Shown piece by piece: positions 60,251 to 64,000 of a stretch of DNA of 64,000 bases. Both the position numbers and the translations under genes were made by a program. Every line of letters starts with the position of its first letter. Position 1 is the first letter of the stretch. Source of the stretch: Balanoglossus misakiensis (lineage: Eukaryota > Animalia > Hemichordata); assembly GCA_040954595.2 (NCBI GenBank), contig CM082593.2, positions 3,799,434-3,863,433 on the forward strand. The letters are read 5' to 3'. A model generated the notes under the pieces. That model saw only the letters and a program-made list of their open reading frames with translations. It did not search any database and was not told where the DNA came from.

Positions 60251-63200
60251 ATGGAACAAAAGTAACAGCTTCTGGCATGTGCGATGAAGTGCGATTTTCT
60301 GCTTTTGGAATTGAATGGTGCCTAAAGATGTTGCCTTTGGATCTAAGACCGTTTGATATCGCACCGACACCGTCGTGGCATTGAAATCGGTTACTTAATC
60401 TTTCGGTACCATGGCAACAGGAAACACCATACAGTTTACTCCATATGTGCTCGAAAATGTTAGATATCTGCGCATTCATGGGGAAAGCTTATATTTGACG
60501 ATGCGATAAAATTCCAATTTTTATCAACTTATCTGTTCATCAACGAGAGTGAAGAAGGATGTTATGGACATAAATTTCAATGAAGAAATCTGAATGCCTA
60601 GATTGTATCAAAATCTATAACACGACATCAACAACTTTTAATATTATTTATTATTTTTTTATGCATAGATGTGATTTTCTGTGCCAATCCTTCATCATGT
60701 CTGGTTACTATCTTGATATTTGCAATGTCTCGGCGTCAAACAGGTATGACGCACATCTTGTTTTTCGGTTTATGCTGAATTTGGGCTTATTACAACTTTT
60801 GCGTCTGCCACATGGCTTCACAAACATGACATAAATCTGTTGAAGGCAGTGTTTAGTGCAATGGGCCTTAGTGCTGAATGGTAATCCATGTAATATCAGT
60901 GCGCGATCTGTGTTAGCGTGTCCATGGAATGACCGTGAGAGATAAAAAAGCATTTTCCATCGAACAGCGTGTTATCTGTGCCGCCAAAATGTTTGGCTCT
61001 GTTAAAACAACAATTATGGAGACCCACAGTATGGCATGGAGACTGTGATTGTCACAATCACAGCAGTCTGTCATGCGTCGTTTGCAAATTCGCCCCAATT
61101 TGTACCTGCTGTCTATAAAATTGCATTAAACTTGAATGGAGAAGAAAACCCACAGGTGGTCCAAATGGTGTTGCTTTTCGGTGTTTCAATGCCATCATTG
61201 AAAGCCAATGATGGATGATGCCGAGGCCCCAAAGTGGGTGTCTAAATAGACGTCTAGAGTATTTTTTATTTCAAACCTTACATGGGCCTGGCATTGTAGT
61301 GGTGTGTTTTTGACAAAGAAAATAAGGCAAATGATTTTGACATATAAATTTGTGAAGCTTACGAGTTTTCGCATACAGGTATAATTTGCCAGCCTTATAT
61401 ATACACCCACATAAAGCCATGGCACCATAGCCCACATGTAATACCTTTGGTATTTCACCATAAAGGCTCTTATATATACATGTAGTTTGATCACAAAATG
61501 TCATTTCAACCTACGTGAAAGTAACTACCACCAAGCTTTTAGTGCTGAACTCAACATCAGCAATAAGACTTCAAATGCGATCTAAGTCATTAAACGTCGT
61601 CTAAAAGATGGAGGTATGAATTGGGCACGTACCCGAGCTACGACCGATTAAGGAATGAGATACGTCGAGGGATATTAAACAGCCTCTGCTTTATGCAAGT
61701 GTGTCACTCCCAATGTATGTAATAAACGTCACTGGCGCTTGATTACCTCTTCTCTGAGCGGTTAAGAGAAAGCGATTTTCAATCAATCCACCGCCATTCT
61801 GCGTGGTTACACTGGGTCCGAATTACTCAGTTCTAATCTTTAAAAGCACTTCTTGGAGATTTTGATCACTCTGGAGGCAACACCACAAACATCATTTCTC
61901 GTTAAGAGCTAGTTTTTTTTTTCTATTCTTGCTCTTAGTAGATTCCTGTTTCAATTTTCCAATTTCCCCAAGTAAAGTGGCAGGAATGACATCTCTTGAT
62001 TCAGTAATGGTGTTGCAATCAACGTAACGGACATTTTTGTCTTAGAAAGGGCACGGGTTTCCAAACGTTAATCCCACCAGGCATTCATTCATTTCCCCCC
62101 AAAACGTCATATCTGCAGGTAATCAGTAAAATATTGAAAATTCAATTTATAATATTACTCAGTTGTGTCTGTCAATTTGACGTGTTAACAAATGCTTCGT
62201 CCATTTGAGACACACGACGCAAGGAATTTTGTGCACATTGTTTCAGCATTTATTTAACCACAAGAGAAAACTGAAGTCCATGTAATGTAAACTGCAAGAT
62301 CATGTGGTTCAAAATGGTTGACTTTGTAATATGATGACAAGGGAAATACTGCACACCCGGTTGACTGTATTGCAAAGTAATTTGATGCCCTTTTTGTAGT
62401 TTATTATATCAGAGAAGGCAGACTCTATAAACATTAGGCTGTTTAAGATGGCATAATCAAACCTGTGATAAGTTTGAAAACTATCCTGAGACTGATTTGT
62501 ACAGTATGAGGTCAAACAGAGCAATATCGACAAGCGACTCAAGATCAAGTGCGTCACATTTGCTCATCAGTAAACAGTGAGTCTACCGCGACTAGATGTG
62601 GAGTTTTTTTCCCCCAATAGCTACCGCATCTGAATGCATGGGTGATTTTCTTGTTCGTGCGTTTATTAATTCTCGTTTAGACATTGTGCATGAAATGAAG
62701 TACATCCCACCAAATTTGATTAACATGAAACAAATTACACATTTCAAATTAAATGATGAAATAACAGTCTTACGTTCAACATGATGTAGGAATACCGGCA
62801 TTGAAAGTCCAGTTTCAATCTACAGATAGTGCTCACTTATGTTCCCTTTTCGTAACGAATAAGCAAGTCTTTAATCAACTCACTTCGTATCTTCATCGCC
62901 CGGGGAAGAAAAACCGCAAAAGCCCTCCTGCTTGAATTGCTTGGGATCTTGTAGGATTTCCCAGTGGATTAAACATTTTACAGTCATCACAATATAGACC
63001 AATCATTATATTAGACTAATACGACGTGAGTTGATTTGTGCGGGACTATTATCTCTGTATCACGATGCGCTTCATGTTAGTGCAGGAATATTGCGTTTGT
63101 CAAGATGATATTTGGCAGAATTTCAACAGCATCTGGCAGATGAAAACATGCTTCTTATCAAACTGCGGTGATGCTCTGTAAATGATCTGAGATATCCAGC

Positions 63201-64000
63201 GATTCATTCTGATTGGTAGAATCAGCGATTGCTTGTTGAAGGATGAAGGCTGGCATATCTGTACTGCACATACATTCTGAGATCACTTTTCGTTGATTTG
63301 GAAAATCCCAAGAGAAGACAAATCCAATGAGAAAGTTGGACAGCTCCCACAGAACACATAACAAGTTCATGACAGTTCAACGACAGTAGCAAAGAGTTGC
63401 CACTGATTTACCATATTAAAGTGCACATATTTTCCCCAGTGTAATATACTCAGAAATATGCTCATAGAAAATGACAGTCTCTGAGTTGGTTGACATTCAC
63501 TTTGCAGTCAAATAGATGGCATGTAGTAGCCAAAAATGGTACCATTTAGAAATGTCATTGTTAATCTACCAAATATAGTACTATTTCTAGTAATATTGCT
63601 TACTCTGTCCAAATGTACTTTTTATCCAAACTATTAATTTGCCTAATTGAAGGAGTTTCAAAACGAATCACAGAACATGTCAGAAAAATAGTTGAGAGGT
63701 TTGTTGTCAAAAGTCCGAAATACATTTCCACACTGCATTAGATTGAGTTTGATTGACTTCGTTCATCACGAATCTGAATTTTCATAGCAGGTAGGGGTTT
63801 CTGAAGGCCTGCACACTTACATCCAATCACAGTAGCTTTCTTTGCGGCATTTTCTCCATAAGGGAGCTGTCTTACGTATGTGTGCGCCATAAGGGAGATT
63901 AAATAAAGGTCGTTTCACTGCAGGAAACTTCAAAACCCATTAATACGAAAGCGAAGGATGGGATATAGAGTATTTATCGTATACATGTTTATAGGGAATG

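Overview
Eukaryotic, intron-containing, AT-rich animal DNA, probably a marine invertebrate deuterostome (inference from gene content and repeat style). No prokaryotic features, rRNA, tRNA or CRISPR were found. Contents in order: (1) the 3' 22 exons of a + strand adhesion GPCR (EGF, pentraxin, HRM, GAIN/GPS, 7TM, PDZ-ligand tail; 938-18356) whose GPS lacks the catalytic H-L-S/T triad; (2) a ~27 kb coding-free interval with a CpG-rich promoter and a probable non-coding first exon; (3) a single-coding-exon PRDM8/ZNF488-type C2H2 zinc-finger gene with no visible PR/SET domain (45721-47508); (4) a compact cluster of three related two-exon genes for small type-I membrane proteins sharing an NPW-TM-polybasic design, which I cannot assign to a known family (48991-53257); one has a furin site and one has an in-frame stop followed by paralog-like sequence; (5) an 18 x 41-bp minisatellite; (6) an intronless CHST-type carbohydrate sulfotransferase (- strand, 55003-56094); (7) a tail region with minus-strand-biased broken ORFs. 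Several TTAA-flanked MITEs and microsatellites are also present. All gene models were built by hand from GT-AG sites and frame continuity; no database searches were run.
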